From a virus (Duplodnaviria > Caudoviricetes), in the IMG/VR virus record IMGVR_UViG_3300037470_000387, positions 1-33,439 of that record: 33,439 bases of DNA; one strand, 5' to 3'. Made by a program: the position numbers and the translations under genes. Shown in pieces: positions 25,035-33,439 of this stretch. A model generated the notes under the pieces. The model was not told the origin of the DNA. It worked only from the letters and a program-made list of their open reading frames with translations, and ran no database searches. Numbering within the stretch: the first letter of the stretch is position 1; each line of letters starts with the position of its first letter.

Positions 25035-26063
25035 ATGACAATTCCAGCACAAGTTTCCGAGTTTCACACCGCGGCGGGGCAGCGTGCGATTTTGGGTGGA
25101 CGGCCCATCGTCAACAAGCGCACGGGCCTAGTCACGGTTCATACCGCCCGCGGTCTGGTCGTCAATTCCACGCTCAAGAAAGACGAGTGGGAGGAACTCG
25201 ACCGTCGCGTCGTGATGGCGGCTATGCCGCCGTTGGTCATCGTCAACTATCTGGTTGGCCGCGGGCTGACACGCCCGTTGGGTGGCCTGGGCACGATGGT
25301 CGCTCAGTACAACCAAGTCTCCGAGATGACTGCGGCGACCGCCAACATGCGCGGACACAGTGGCGTCGAGAAGGACCTGATCGATACCGATCTGGTCGGC
25401 GTGCCCGTTCCGATCATCTTCAAGGAGTACGAGATCGACCAGCGGCTCTTGCTGGCGTCGCGACGCATGGGCGATGGATTGGATGTGACCAATGGCGCAG
25501 CCGCGGCGCGCGTTGTCGCCGAGAAGATCGAGGATTTGCTCATCAACGGCGACACGAGCATCAATCTCAACGGCGCGACCATCTACGGAATCACCAATCA
25601 TCCCAATGTCAATTCCGGCACGGCGGCTAGTTTCGGCGGTGGCGACTGGGGCACAATCACCAACGTGACGCCGACGATTTCCGGCATGATCACCGCCGCG
25701 CAGGCGGATGGCTATTACGGCCCCTATGCCGTGTGGGCCGCGCCGACGCAGTTCAATCAGGCTGCGCTCAACTTCTTCACCGACGGCAGCGGCGACACGG
25801 CTCGTGACCGTGTGCTTCGCATGGCGATGGTGGAGACTTTCGAGCAGTCGCCGCAATTGGACGCCGGCGAAGTTGTATTGGTCACGCTATCGCCGGAAGT
25901 GGTGGAGATCGCGACGATTCCAGGCTATTTCCCCGTGACGAATGTCGAATGGACCAGCGGCGACGCCATGCTGAATGGTTTCAAGACGCTGGCCGCCATG
26001 ACGCCGATGGTCAAGTCGGACTATAGCGGGAAGAGTGGACTTGTTCTCGCCACCTCGGCTTAG
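25035..26063 (+). CDS. Major capsid protein (HK97 fold, encapsulin/linocin-like subgroup)
   Basis: 342 aa; VPVPIIFKEYEID, EKIEDLLING, IYGITNHPN; head-module position; AAGGAG RBS. Confidence 0.85.
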   Translation: MTIPAQVSEFHTAAGQRAILGGRPIVNKRTGLVTVHTARGLVVNSTLKKDEWEELDRRVVMAAMPPLVIVNYLVGRGLTRPLGGLGTMVAQYNQVSEMTAATANMRGHSGVEKDLIDTDLVGVPVPIIFKEYEIDQRLLLASRRMGDGLDVTNGAAAARVVAEKIEDLLINGDTSINLNGATIYGITNHPNVNSGTAASFGGGDWGTITNVTPTISGMITAAQADGYYGPYAVWAAPTQFNQAALNFFTDGSGDTARDRVLRMAMVETFEQSPQLDAGEVVLVTLSPEVVEIATIPGYFPVTNVEWTSGDAMLNGFKTLAAMTPMVKSDYSGKSGLVLATSA

Positions 26064-26071
26064 GAGGAACT

Positions 26072-26398
26072 ATGACGCAATATCGAGTCCTCCCCGGTCG
26101 CACCTTCGGTGTGCATGGGCCGGGCGAAATCGTTGATGAGAATGAGTGGGACGCCGCGCCTTATCTCGGCACGCATCTGGAATCGGCGGAGACGAAAGCG
26201 CCTCCTCCTGATTTTCCGGACCTTGACGCCCTGGGCGACCTGACGGCGGACGAACTCATCGATGCCATTCAGGGCTTTAACCCGACGCAGCGCGCCGCGG
26301 TTATGGCCTGGGAAAAGGCGCATCGCAATCGCGTCACTGTGATCCGGGCACTGGAAGCGGGCAAGGCAGAGATTTCCTCGCCATCAGCTTTTAGTTAG
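26072..26398 (+). CDS. Post-capsid hypothetical protein
   Basis: AGGAGG RBS; C-terminal EKAHRNRVTVIRALE. Confidence 0.7.
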   Translation: MTQYRVLPGRTFGVHGPGEIVDENEWDAAPYLGTHLESAETKAPPPDFPDLDALGDLTADELIDAIQGFNPTQRAAVMAWEKAHRNRVTVIRALEAGKAEISSPSAFS

Positions 26399-26417
26399 CG
26401 AGAAAGGCAATAGACAC

Positions 26418-26897
26418 ATGTCTACTCAGTTTTGGAAGCGCGGTCTCGTCATTGTCGCCGCGCTAGCACTTTTGGCGGCGCTAGTGATTGCGCTGCCTTT
26501 TGGCGCATCCTATCCGGTCGAAGCCGCGCCGATGGCCGCGCCAACTCCTCTTTCCGTCGTCTACAGTCCGGGCACGAGTACGCTCCAAACAATCTGGTCG
26601 TCTGAGGTGATTACCGCGGACGGTTGTTCTTCGCTGTTTGAGATCCGCGACGTGGAATTAATCGATCTCCACTGGATCGTCGATGTAGGCGATGTGAACA
26701 CGACCACGTTGACGCTGCGCTTCACAAACGAGAACAGCGTGACCAATCTGGTGACGGGCGCTGCCGTGGCAAGCTCAATTGCAGCAGACCAGACGAATCT
26801 ACAGCAATTCGGGCTATACGGTCGCTACTTCTGTCTCTACGCCGACGTATCCAACACTAATCCGATCACGATCACGGCATTGGGCAAGAGTAAGTAA
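26418..26897 (+). CDS. Signal-peptide-bearing beta-rich protein
   Basis: MSTQFWKRGLVIVAALALLAALVIALP...VEA-APMAAPTP. Confidence 0.75.
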   Translation: MSTQFWKRGLVIVAALALLAALVIALPFGASYPVEAAPMAAPTPLSVVYSPGTSTLQTIWSSEVITADGCSSLFEIRDVELIDLHWIVDVGDVNTTTLTLRFTNENSVTNLVTGAAVASSIAADQTNLQQFGLYGRYFCLYADVSNTNPITITALGKSK

Positions 26898-27214
26898 TGT
26901 CTACGGCGACCGTTCGGCTTCAGCGGGATGTCGGCGCGACCGAGGCGGAACTATCCACCGCGGCGGCGCAAGCGTATCTGGATGAAGCCGCCGAGACATA
27001 CGCCGCCGGTAGCGCACAGGCATTAGCCTATGCGCGCGTGTTGGTGCTTCAAGCGTTCTTGGCCTCTGCCGCCGACGAAGTGGATTATGTCGAGAACGAG
27101 AGCCAAGAGAAGAGCAGCCAGAAGTTTGCACAGTGGAAGTCGCTTCTGGCTTACTGGCAGGGACAAGTGTCTGCGGGCGGCGGCGTGCGACCGGCAATTT
27201 TCGAGGTGTACTAG
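26897..27214 (+). CDS. Head-tail adaptor
   Basis: Helical 105 aa, RLQRDVG...LSTAAAQAYLD; synteny. Confidence 0.6.
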   Translation: MSTATVRLQRDVGATEAELSTAAAQAYLDEAAETYAAGSAQALAYARVLVLQAFLASAADEVDYVENESQEKSSQKFAQWKSLLAYWQGQVSAGGGVRPAIFEVY

Positions 27215-27238
27215 TGCCGCTCGCCGGAGGCGCACATC

Positions 27239-27595
27239 GTGATTAACGAGGCTGAGCGCGCGGCGAACGCGTGGCGACGCATCCAACGCAACCCGACATC
27301 GGTTGTCTTTGTTAAGCCTGCGGTGGTGACGGCGACAACGACCACGCCGGAGGCGGAATCAGACGCGCAGACGGTACGCATTTCGCCGGACAGCCGAGCG
27401 TCGATGAGCGAGAGCGTCACCGGCATGGCCGCCAAGCGCAGAGTGGTCGTATTTGGCATACGAAACCATGCCACTCTAGCCGACACCGACATAGAGATTG
27501 GCTATCGGTTTCGGCTTGACGGAGAATCCTATCGGGTGGACGACATCATCAAGCCGCCTGGAGAAATCCAGGCGCTATGTGAGGCGATTGCATGA
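27239..27595 (+). CDS. Head closure/stopper protein
   Basis: QTVRI...DTDIEIGYRFRLDGESYRVDDI; synteny. Confidence 0.65.
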   Translation: MINEAERAANAWRRIQRNPTSVVFVKPAVVTATTTTPEAESDAQTVRISPDSRASMSESVTGMAAKRRVVVFGIRNHATLADTDIEIGYRFRLDGESYRVDDIIKPPGEIQALCEAIA

Positions 27596-27891
27596 CCAGG
27601 TTACCGTCCTTTGCCGATCCTGCTGCCGATATTCGCAATTACGGCGACCCAAACGCGCTCTTCCGGCTGGTCGCCGATCCCGCTAGGGCGGGCGTGCCCG
27701 ATCCCGCTAGGGCGGGCGTGCCCGATCCCGCTAGGGCGGGCGTGCCCGATCCCGCTAGGGCGGGCGTGCCCGATGTCGACGTTGAACGTGTCAAACAGAA
27801 GATCATGGAGCAGTATGGCGTGGAAGCCACAGATCGTTACTGTCGCGATCTGATCGCCTTTGTAGAGACATTGACCAATGCCGACGCGTGA
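27592..27891 (+). CDS. Hypothetical protein with (DPARAGVP)x4
   Basis: ATGA coupling upstream, overlaps the next gene; repeat is in frame. Confidence 0.55.
   Translation: MTRLPSFADPAADIRNYGDPNALFRLVADPARAGVPDPARAGVPDPARAGVPDPARAGVPDVDVERVKQKIMEQYGVEATDRYCRDLIAFVETLTNADA
27674..27774 (+). repeat. 4.2 x 24-bp perfect tandem repeat CCGATCCCGCTAGGGCGGGCGTGC
   Basis: Direct reading; no spacers between units. Confidence 0.95.
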
Positions 27892-28333
27892 ACTTGAAAT
27901 AGTGGTTTTTCTGCGGCTAGACGCCACATTGATGGCGCTTCTGACCGGCGGCGTCTATGCCGAATCTGTACTGCCGGAGCCAGGCATCACCGACGCCGCG
28001 GCAACGCCGACCGTGTGGACCGGCGGCGTCTTCAATCCTTGCAGCATCGTTCGAGAACGTGCGCCGATTCCGGATTTGCTGGTCGAGGAAAAAGGCCAGA
28101 AGATGAGCCAGGCGCAGGCAGTGGAAATCTATGTCTATAGCCGTGTGGCGGCTGATTTGGAGAGCGCGCACGATCTCATCTATGCGCTATTGCAAGGCCA
28201 TCGTTTCACAAGCGCCTGGGGCGCGCGTTGGTGGGGCAGCATCTCCAACATGCGCGCGCCGGAATTGCCGAATGTTTGGATGGGCAGACGCGATTACCGG
28301 ATCGTTTCCATCAAGGTCCCGATTGCAGTCTAG
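27878..28333 (+). CDS. Tail terminator-like protein
   Basis: LRLDATLMALLTGGVY...VEIYVY...IYALLQG; synteny before the tail tube. Confidence 0.65.
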   Translation: MPTRELEIVVFLRLDATLMALLTGGVYAESVLPEPGITDAAATPTVWTGGVFNPCSIVRERAPIPDLLVEEKGQKMSQAQAVEIYVYSRVAADLESAHDLIYALLQGHRFTSAWGARWWGSISNMRAPELPNVWMGRRDYRIVSIKVPIAV

Positions 28334-28339
28334 GAGAAT

Positions 28340-28789
28340 ATGAATATGAAGATGAAGAAACCTCTGTTTGGTCTTTTGATTTGGTCCGGTCTATTGGGAC
28401 TGGTAATGGCGGCGTTCCTGATTATCTCGCAGCCTACGCCGCTTCAGGCGCAGACCGGGGTCGTGCGGTTCAACATCGTCAGCGTCGGGCGATTTCTGCG
28501 TCTCGTGCCGCGCACGGCAATCAGTGTAACCGCCGATGGCTATATTACGCCGACAGGCAGCTATCAGCGGTTGGACAGCGCCGGCAATGTGGCAACCAGC
28601 GGCGCAAATGTTGCCGTGATGACTGCCGGGACGATGCTCGTGTTGGTCAATCACGGCTCGAACACCATCACACTCACCGAGACGGGTACGTTGATCTCCG
28701 CCGGAAATATCGCGCTGGGACCGGAGGATTCTGCAATCCTGTTAAGCGACGGTACTTCGTGGCGGCAGATTTCAGGCTCGAATAACTAG
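28340..28789 (+). CDS. Signal-peptide-bearing beta-rich protein
   Basis: MKKPLFGLLIWSGLLGLVMAAFLII...LQA-Q; GTMLVLVNHGSNTITL...LLSDGTSWRQ. Confidence 0.75.
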   Translation: MNMKMKKPLFGLLIWSGLLGLVMAAFLIISQPTPLQAQTGVVRFNIVSVGRFLRLVPRTAISVTADGYITPTGSYQRLDSAGNVATSGANVAVMTAGTMLVLVNHGSNTITLTETGTLISAGNIALGPEDSAILLSDGTSWRQISGSNN

Positions 28790-28798
28790 GAGGCAGAT

Positions 28799-29356
28799 AT
28801 GGGTGATCGTACAGTGACGTTCGGCCTGGCCGATGGTCTCATTGCGACCCGCACCGGCACGGGTACATATGACGCGGCTATCGACGTGCCGCACATTCAG
28901 ATGATGAATGCGACCGTGCGCGTGCTGTCGGCGGAAGGCACAGGCGACGACCGGATCGTCGCGCTGGCTTCGCGCATCATCGCCGGCACAGTGCAAATGC
29001 GAATGCAGGCCGTACCGTTCAACGTATTGGAGATCATTCTCGGTACAGATATCTACGCCGTCGGCGCGGACGATACGTTGGTCGAGACAATTCCGCTGAT
29101 GGCCGGCACGCGGCTGCCGTGGTTTGGCGTCGTCGGACAAGGCCTTGAAGAGGAGGGTCTAGGCGACGTGATGATGTTTGCGCCCAAGTGCAAAGTGGCG
29201 AGCGACATCAGTTTGGGCACGATGGAATACGGCACATTGTCATTGGTCGAGTTCACCGCCACCTGTCTAGGCGAGGATGACTATCCGGTTCTGGCTCTGC
29301 AACAGCGCGCGACCATTGGCGAATTCGACATTCCGTTGGCAAGCATCCAGGCGTGA
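28799..29356 (+). CDS. Major tail tube protein
   Basis: 185 aa, acidic and beta-rich, FGLADG...FAPKCKV; AGGAGG RBS; precedes the chaperones. Confidence 0.7.
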   Translation: MGDRTVTFGLADGLIATRTGTGTYDAAIDVPHIQMMNATVRVLSAEGTGDDRIVALASRIIAGTVQMRMQAVPFNVLEIILGTDIYAVGADDTLVETIPLMAGTRLPWFGVVGQGLEEEGLGDVMMFAPKCKVASDISLGTMEYGTLSLVEFTATCLGEDDYPVLALQQRATIGEFDIPLASIQA

Positions 29357-29388
29357 CGCTGAGGCGTCTGTACCAATAAGGAACGCAC

Positions 29389-29916
29389 ATGGCAAATTCT
29401 CCACTAAATGGCAGCGCGCCGTCCAAAGAAACGCCGGCTACGCCATTGACGCAGGAGGCGTCCGTACCGATGACGCCGCTGACCGACTGGCGCGAACTGC
29501 GGCTAAATGGACGGGTGGACACCTTCCGGTGCAGCGGGCGCACCGTGCGCTGGAAGCCCGTCAACCTGGCGCGTGCGTTGCGCGCCGGGAAAGTGCCGGA
29601 CAATCTCACCGCATATGTCGCCAAGCGCGCCTGGTCCGGCGCGGACGACAAAGACGAGCGCGATGATCTGACCAAGACCATCGAGTGGGTTGATTATCTA
29701 GATTGGATTGCCCAAGCCGCGCTGGTCTATCCCACGCTCGCGGATACGCCGGCAGAACAAAACATCTTGCCCGATGACCTCTACGACCAGGAATTGCAGG
29801 AGTTGGAACTTTGGGCGACCTATCCGCTGGCGGCGGTGCGCCCCTTTCCTGGACAGCAAAACACAGATGTGGACGCTCGGCATGAAAGCCGAACGGTCGA
29901 ACCGGCTGCCGAGTGA
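29389..29916 (+). CDS. Tail assembly chaperone (G)
   Basis: Between tail tube and tape measure; carries a CCC TTT C site near its 3' end. Confidence 0.7.
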   Translation: MANSPLNGSAPSKETPATPLTQEASVPMTPLTDWRELRLNGRVDTFRCSGRTVRWKPVNLARALRAGKVPDNLTAYVAKRAWSGADDKDERDDLTKTIEWVDYLDWIAQAALVYPTLADTPAEQNILPDDLYDQELQELELWATYPLAAVRPFPGQQNTDVDARHESRTVEPAAE

Positions 29917-30274
29917 GTGCGTGCCGGGAATCGAAGAGGTGGCTTGCGACTGGACCATCTGGCAGTTTGACAATGCTGTCCACTTTTTTATGACCGTCAT
30001 CAAAAACGCACTGGAAGAGCGCGTCGAGGCCGACACAAAGAAGGAGCCGCGTTGGGAGGCCAAATATAGCCTGGACCAGTTGCTCGACGACGATTTCAGG
30101 CTGCCGCGTCCGCTGACGCAGGCGGAGAAGCGACGCGCGATTGGTGCGCAGGTCAAGGCCATGTTTGGCATGAGCGGGACGCGCAAGAGCAAGGCGAAAC
30201 CGGGCGCTACGCCGAAGCCTTTCCTACCGCCGTCATTAGCGGAACAGTGGTTAGCGCGGGGACGAAAATTGTGA
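29846..30274 (+). CDS. Tail assembly chaperone extension (T), probably reached by +1 frameshift
   Basis: Open +1 frame FLDSKTQMWTLG...WQFDNAVHFF overlapping the chaperone end; no clear RBS. Confidence 0.6.
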   Translation, partial: FLDSKTQMWTLGMKAERSNRLPSECVPGIEEVACDWTIWQFDNAVHFFMTVIKNALEERVEADTKKEPRWEAKYSLDQLLDDDFRLPRPLTQAEKRRAIGAQVKAMFGMSGTRKSKAKPGATPKPFLPPSLAEQWLARGRKL

Positions 30275-30645
30275 TTTCCTGGAACATTCGCCCGGAAGAA
30301 GTTTGGCCTCGCATCGTGCAGGCGCAAGTTGACGCCATCGAAGCCGACATTGTGGCATTGGTGAATAGCTTGACGGATGATGCGACGGAATTTATGCAGG
30401 CGAACCATCGCTGGCAGAACCGCTCTGGACTGGCGGAAGGAAGCCTGAACGCCTATCTCTTGCACGGCGTCCGGCAATTTGTCTATCTGGTGCTCAGTCA
30501 TGGTAGCGCCGTCATCGTGCCATATGCCTGGTTTCTTGAGTATTCTTTTGCCGGGCGTTTTGCCGTACTTGGGGACGCCGCCGATACCTTTTGGCCCGTC
30601 CTCTATCGAGGCGTAATCGATATTTTGAGACGACATAGCAGCTAG
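30271..30645 (+). CDS. HK97 gp10-like tail completion protein
   Basis: MQANHRWQNRSGLAEGSL...LSHG...YAWFLE motif; GTGA coupling. Confidence 0.6.
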   Translation: MISWNIRPEEVWPRIVQAQVDAIEADIVALVNSLTDDATEFMQANHRWQNRSGLAEGSLNAYLLHGVRQFVYLVLSHGSAVIVPYAWFLEYSFAGRFAVLGDAADTFWPVLYRGVIDILRRHSS

Positions 30646-30659
30646 GAGCCTCTATCCAC

Positions 30660-33185
30660 ATGGCGACCGCACTACCGCCGCCCGGCGCAGGCGGCACGCC
30701 AACTGCCACAATCGGCGTCAATCTCCAGGCGCTCCAGGCAGCCCCAGCAGCCGCAAAAGCCGCGGCGCAAGCCACCTCCCGCGAAATCGACAAAGCATTC
30801 CGAGAATCGCAGCGCGCACAGGCCGCAGCGGAACGCCAACGCACGGCGGAAATGAAAGCCGTGCTAACGCAACGGCGCGTTGCGGTGCGCGTCGCCGCGC
30901 GTGAGGAAACCGAGGTGAAGCGCGCTGCATTGCGTGAACAGGCCGCGGCGGAGAGACAACATACCGCGCAATTAAAGGCGGAGCTTCAACAGCGGACCAA
31001 TGCGGCAAGGGCAGCGGCGGCGCAACAGCGCGCGCTCTTACGCGGTGGGGCGACTTTCGCGGGTGCGGCGCTCGGTGGGCCGGTAGGCGGTATCGCGGGC
31101 GCGCTCGCCGGTGGCCCAGCTGCGTTACCATTGGCTGGAGGATTGCTCGCCGGGCAGGCCGCGCAACTGGCAGGGGCCAGTATTCGCGCCGCCTCCGATC
31201 TCACCGAGGCCATCAATAAGGTTGGCGTTGCCTTCGATGACTCCGGGCAGCGCATTCTGGATTGGAGTAAAAACAGTGCCACGGCGTTAGGGCAAAGCCG
31301 CCACGATGCACTAGAGGCGGCGAGTTCCTTTGGGTTGCTTTTCCGCGAGATGGGATTGGGTAGCCAACGGTCTGCCGAAATGTCCGAGCGCATGGTAGAG
31401 CTTGCTACGGATATGGCGAGCATCCACAACATTCGCCCGGAAGATGCGCTTGAAAAATTGCGCGCCGGTCTGATTGGGGAGACGCGTCCACTGCGCGATG
31501 TTGGTGTGCTGCTCAGTGACCAAGTGGTACGGCAAAAAGCCGTTGAGATGGGCTTGGCAAGTACAACCGCGGCGGTCAACGACCAGCAGCGTGTCTTGGC
31601 CCGCTATCAGTTAATCCTCGAACAAACATCACTGACGCAAGGTGATTTTGCCCGCACCATTACCGGCCTGGCGAATCAACAGCGTATCCTCAACGCGCAG
31701 TGGGAAGATGCCCAAACCAAAATCGGCCAGTTGTTGGAGTTTCCAACCAGCATCGGCGCAATGGCGATGAATCAATGGTTATCTACACAGATTGCCATGA
31801 TGGATGTCTACACCGAGGCTATCCAACGAGCGGCGCGCGCATTGCATCTGCTACCGGCCGCGCCCGCGGCACAGGCCGGTAGCATCGGCAGCCGCACGGG
31901 CATCGGCGCAGCGCAGCGCGAGGGCATCCCGACTTTACAGCGTGAATTTACCGGCGAGCAGACGCAATTGATTTTGGACCGTTCCAGAATGCTAGTCAAC
32001 ATCCAACGCCAGGCCGACCGCGCCATCGTCGATAGTGCATCACAATTTGCCAAGCAACGCGCCGATGTCATCGCCAACTACGAAAAGCAGATCGCCCGTG
32101 AAGCCGAGGATTTTTCCCGGCAACGGGCGCGGGCGCAGACGAAATTTGAGCAATCTATTGTCGAGGTTATGCGGGATAGCGCCGAAAAGCGCGCCGAATT
32201 CCAGGAAGATTATGAAGATGACGTAGCCGACGCCCGCGCCAAGAGCAATGAAAAACTGGCGAAATTGCAGGTCGATTATGACCGCGACCGTGAACGCGCC
32301 GAGCGCAGTCATAGGAATACGCTCCTGGACGCCGCCTCTCGGCTGGACGCCGTGGCCGTATTTCAGGAACAGCGCCGCTTTGCCGAAGAAAAGCGCACCC
32401 GTGACGAGGATTTCCGAGACCGGAAAAAGGAAGAACAAGACAATCTCGACGAACAATTGCGGGAACGTCGTGAAGCGTTTGACGAACAATTGGAGGAAGC
32501 GCGACGCAACGATGCCAAACGCATTGCCGATCTGACCTCGGCCTTCGAGGAACAACAGCGTCTCGAAGATGAGGATCGTCAATTGCGCCTTGACCGTCAG
32601 GCGCAGGATCATGCTGACCAATTGACCGAGATGGACCGCGCGCAAGTGGAGCGCATCCAACAGATTAAGGACAACGCCGCCGAGCAACGCCGGCAATATG
32701 AAGAACAATTCCGGCTGGACGCCGTGGCCGCCGGTCTCCGCATTCAATCCTGGATCGATGAGAAAAACCGGATGACGGATGAGGCGATCAAGGCGTTTGA
32801 CCGCTTTATGGACGAGGTGCTCAAACGTGTTACCCTGGGTGGCGGCACGACTGCCGGACAAGATCGCGGCGTGCCGGTCAGTGGCGGCGGTCCTATCCTC
32901 TCGCGCGCATCCGGCGGCCCCATCCCACGTACCGGGCTGGCGTTGGTGCATCGTGGCGAATACGTGCTCAACCCGGCCACGACCGCCGCGGTGCGAAACA
33001 CGATTGGCGGGTTCGACCAGGCGGGGCTGTTGGCCGCCTTGCAGGGTAACGGCGGACGGTCCGTCACCTGGAACGGCGATGTGAGTGTGAGCATCGCCGG
33101 CAGCACGAACATGGGGTCCGGTGAGATGTACATCGTCGCGCGGCAGGCTTTTACGGATGCGTTAGGGGAGATTGCGAGCCAATGA
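30660..33185 (+). CDS. Tape measure protein
   Basis: 841 aa, Ala-rich helical, long charged coiled coil, C-terminal RASGGPIPRTGLALVHRGEYVLN. Confidence 0.9.
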   Translation: MATALPPPGAGGTPTATIGVNLQALQAAPAAAKAAAQATSREIDKAFRESQRAQAAAERQRTAEMKAVLTQRRVAVRVAAREETEVKRAALREQAAAERQHTAQLKAELQQRTNAARAAAAQQRALLRGGATFAGAALGGPVGGIAGALAGGPAALPLAGGLLAGQAAQLAGASIRAASDLTEAINKVGVAFDDSGQRILDWSKNSATALGQSRHDALEAASSFGLLFREMGLGSQRSAEMSERMVELATDMASIHNIRPEDALEKLRAGLIGETRPLRDVGVLLSDQVVRQKAVEMGLASTTAAVNDQQRVLARYQLILEQTSLTQGDFARTITGLANQQRILNAQWEDAQTKIGQLLEFPTSIGAMAMNQWLSTQIAMMDVYTEAIQRAARALHLLPAAPAAQAGSIGSRTGIGAAQREGIPTLQREFTGEQTQLILDRSRMLVNIQRQADRAIVDSASQFAKQRADVIANYEKQIAREAEDFSRQRARAQTKFEQSIVEVMRDSAEKRAEFQEDYEDDVADARAKSNEKLAKLQVDYDRDRERAERSHRNTLLDAASRLDAVAVFQEQRRFAEEKRTRDEDFRDRKKEEQDNLDEQLRERREAFDEQLEEARRNDAKRIADLTSAFEEQQRLEDEDRQLRLDRQAQDHADQLTEMDRAQVERIQQIKDNAAEQRRQYEEQFRLDAVAAGLRIQSWIDEKNRMTDEAIKAFDRFMDEVLKRVTLGGGTTAGQDRGVPVSGGGPILSRASGGPIPRTGLALVHRGEYVLNPATTAAVRNTIGGFDQAGLLAALQGNGGRSVTWNGDVSVSIAGSTNMGSGEMYIVARQAFTDALGEIASQ

Positions 33186-33439
33186 CCATAACACACAAAG
33201 TGAAGCCGGGTACTGACCAAGCCCTTATTGATCTCGTTACCATCACGCCGCAACCGGCCTCCAATGGCGTGGAATACACCGTGCGTGATGACGCCATCGA
33301 CGGCAGTGTGACCGAACAGGGGCCGCATGTCGTGCATAGATTTGACGTCATGGAAGAAGATGCCGACTACCTGACATTGCTTACATTGTATGGTCTCAAT
33401 ACCGCGACGACGGCGTTGGTTACGGTGTTAGCCGAAAGC
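33182..33439 (+). CDS. Distal tail protein, partial
   Basis: ATGA overlap with the tape measure stop; MTITHKVKPGTDQALIDLVTITPQP... is open to the window end. Confidence 0.6.
   Translation, partial: MTITHKVKPGTDQALIDLVTITPQPASNGVEYTVRDDAIDGSVTEQGPHVVHRFDVMEEDADYLTLLTLYGLNTATTALVTVLAES

Noticed and set aside
25035-26063. Encapsulin nanocompartment system
   Set aside because: The encapsulin-like sequence sits among terminase, portal, protease and tail genes, so it is the phage capsid.
27674-27774. Possible CRISPR array (24-bp palindromic repeats)
   Set aside because: Units are directly adjacent with no spacers, lie in frame in an ORF, and no cas genes are present.
1-33439. Complete DGR, retron, integrase, tRNA or rRNA
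   Set aside because: No RT (YxDD-type) protein, template/variable repeat pair, recombinase or structural RNA gene was recognised by eye; they could lie outside the window.

Overview
The window is about 33 kb of a tailed dsDNA phage or prophage with siphovirus-like gene order. It is cut at both ends, and no integrase, cI-type repressor or reverse transcriptase is visible. Left to right: (1) a leftward early operon (Ala-rich repeat protein, RecT/Bet-like annealing protein); (2) a divergent sigma70-type promoter pair and a ribbon-helix-helix regulator; (3) many small rightward genes, interrupted by an inverted two-gene cassette with its own promoter and terminator; (4) a promoter and structured leader RNA; (5) a replication module (AEP primase, HNH, O-like initiator with iterons, N-terminally short DnaB); (6) MazG-like and HExxH accessory genes; (7) a lysis cassette (two-domain glycoside hydrolase/GH108 endolysin, holin-like proteins, LuxR HTH); (8) ParB-methyltransferase, terminase, portal, an LRR/glycoside hydrolase insert, DUF2213 protease, capsid, connectors, tail tube, chaperones with a probable +1 frameshift, and tape measure. 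C-terminal 'xxLPxV'-type motifs suggest a Chloroflexota host (inference). The most unusual signals are: adenine-centred, non-synonymous variation between units of two unrelated coding tandem repeats (DGR-like, but no RT in the window); repeated duplication of gene-junction sequences around inserted genes; and an attenuator-like RNA ahead of the replication genes. All family assignments are from motif recognition by eye, not database searches.
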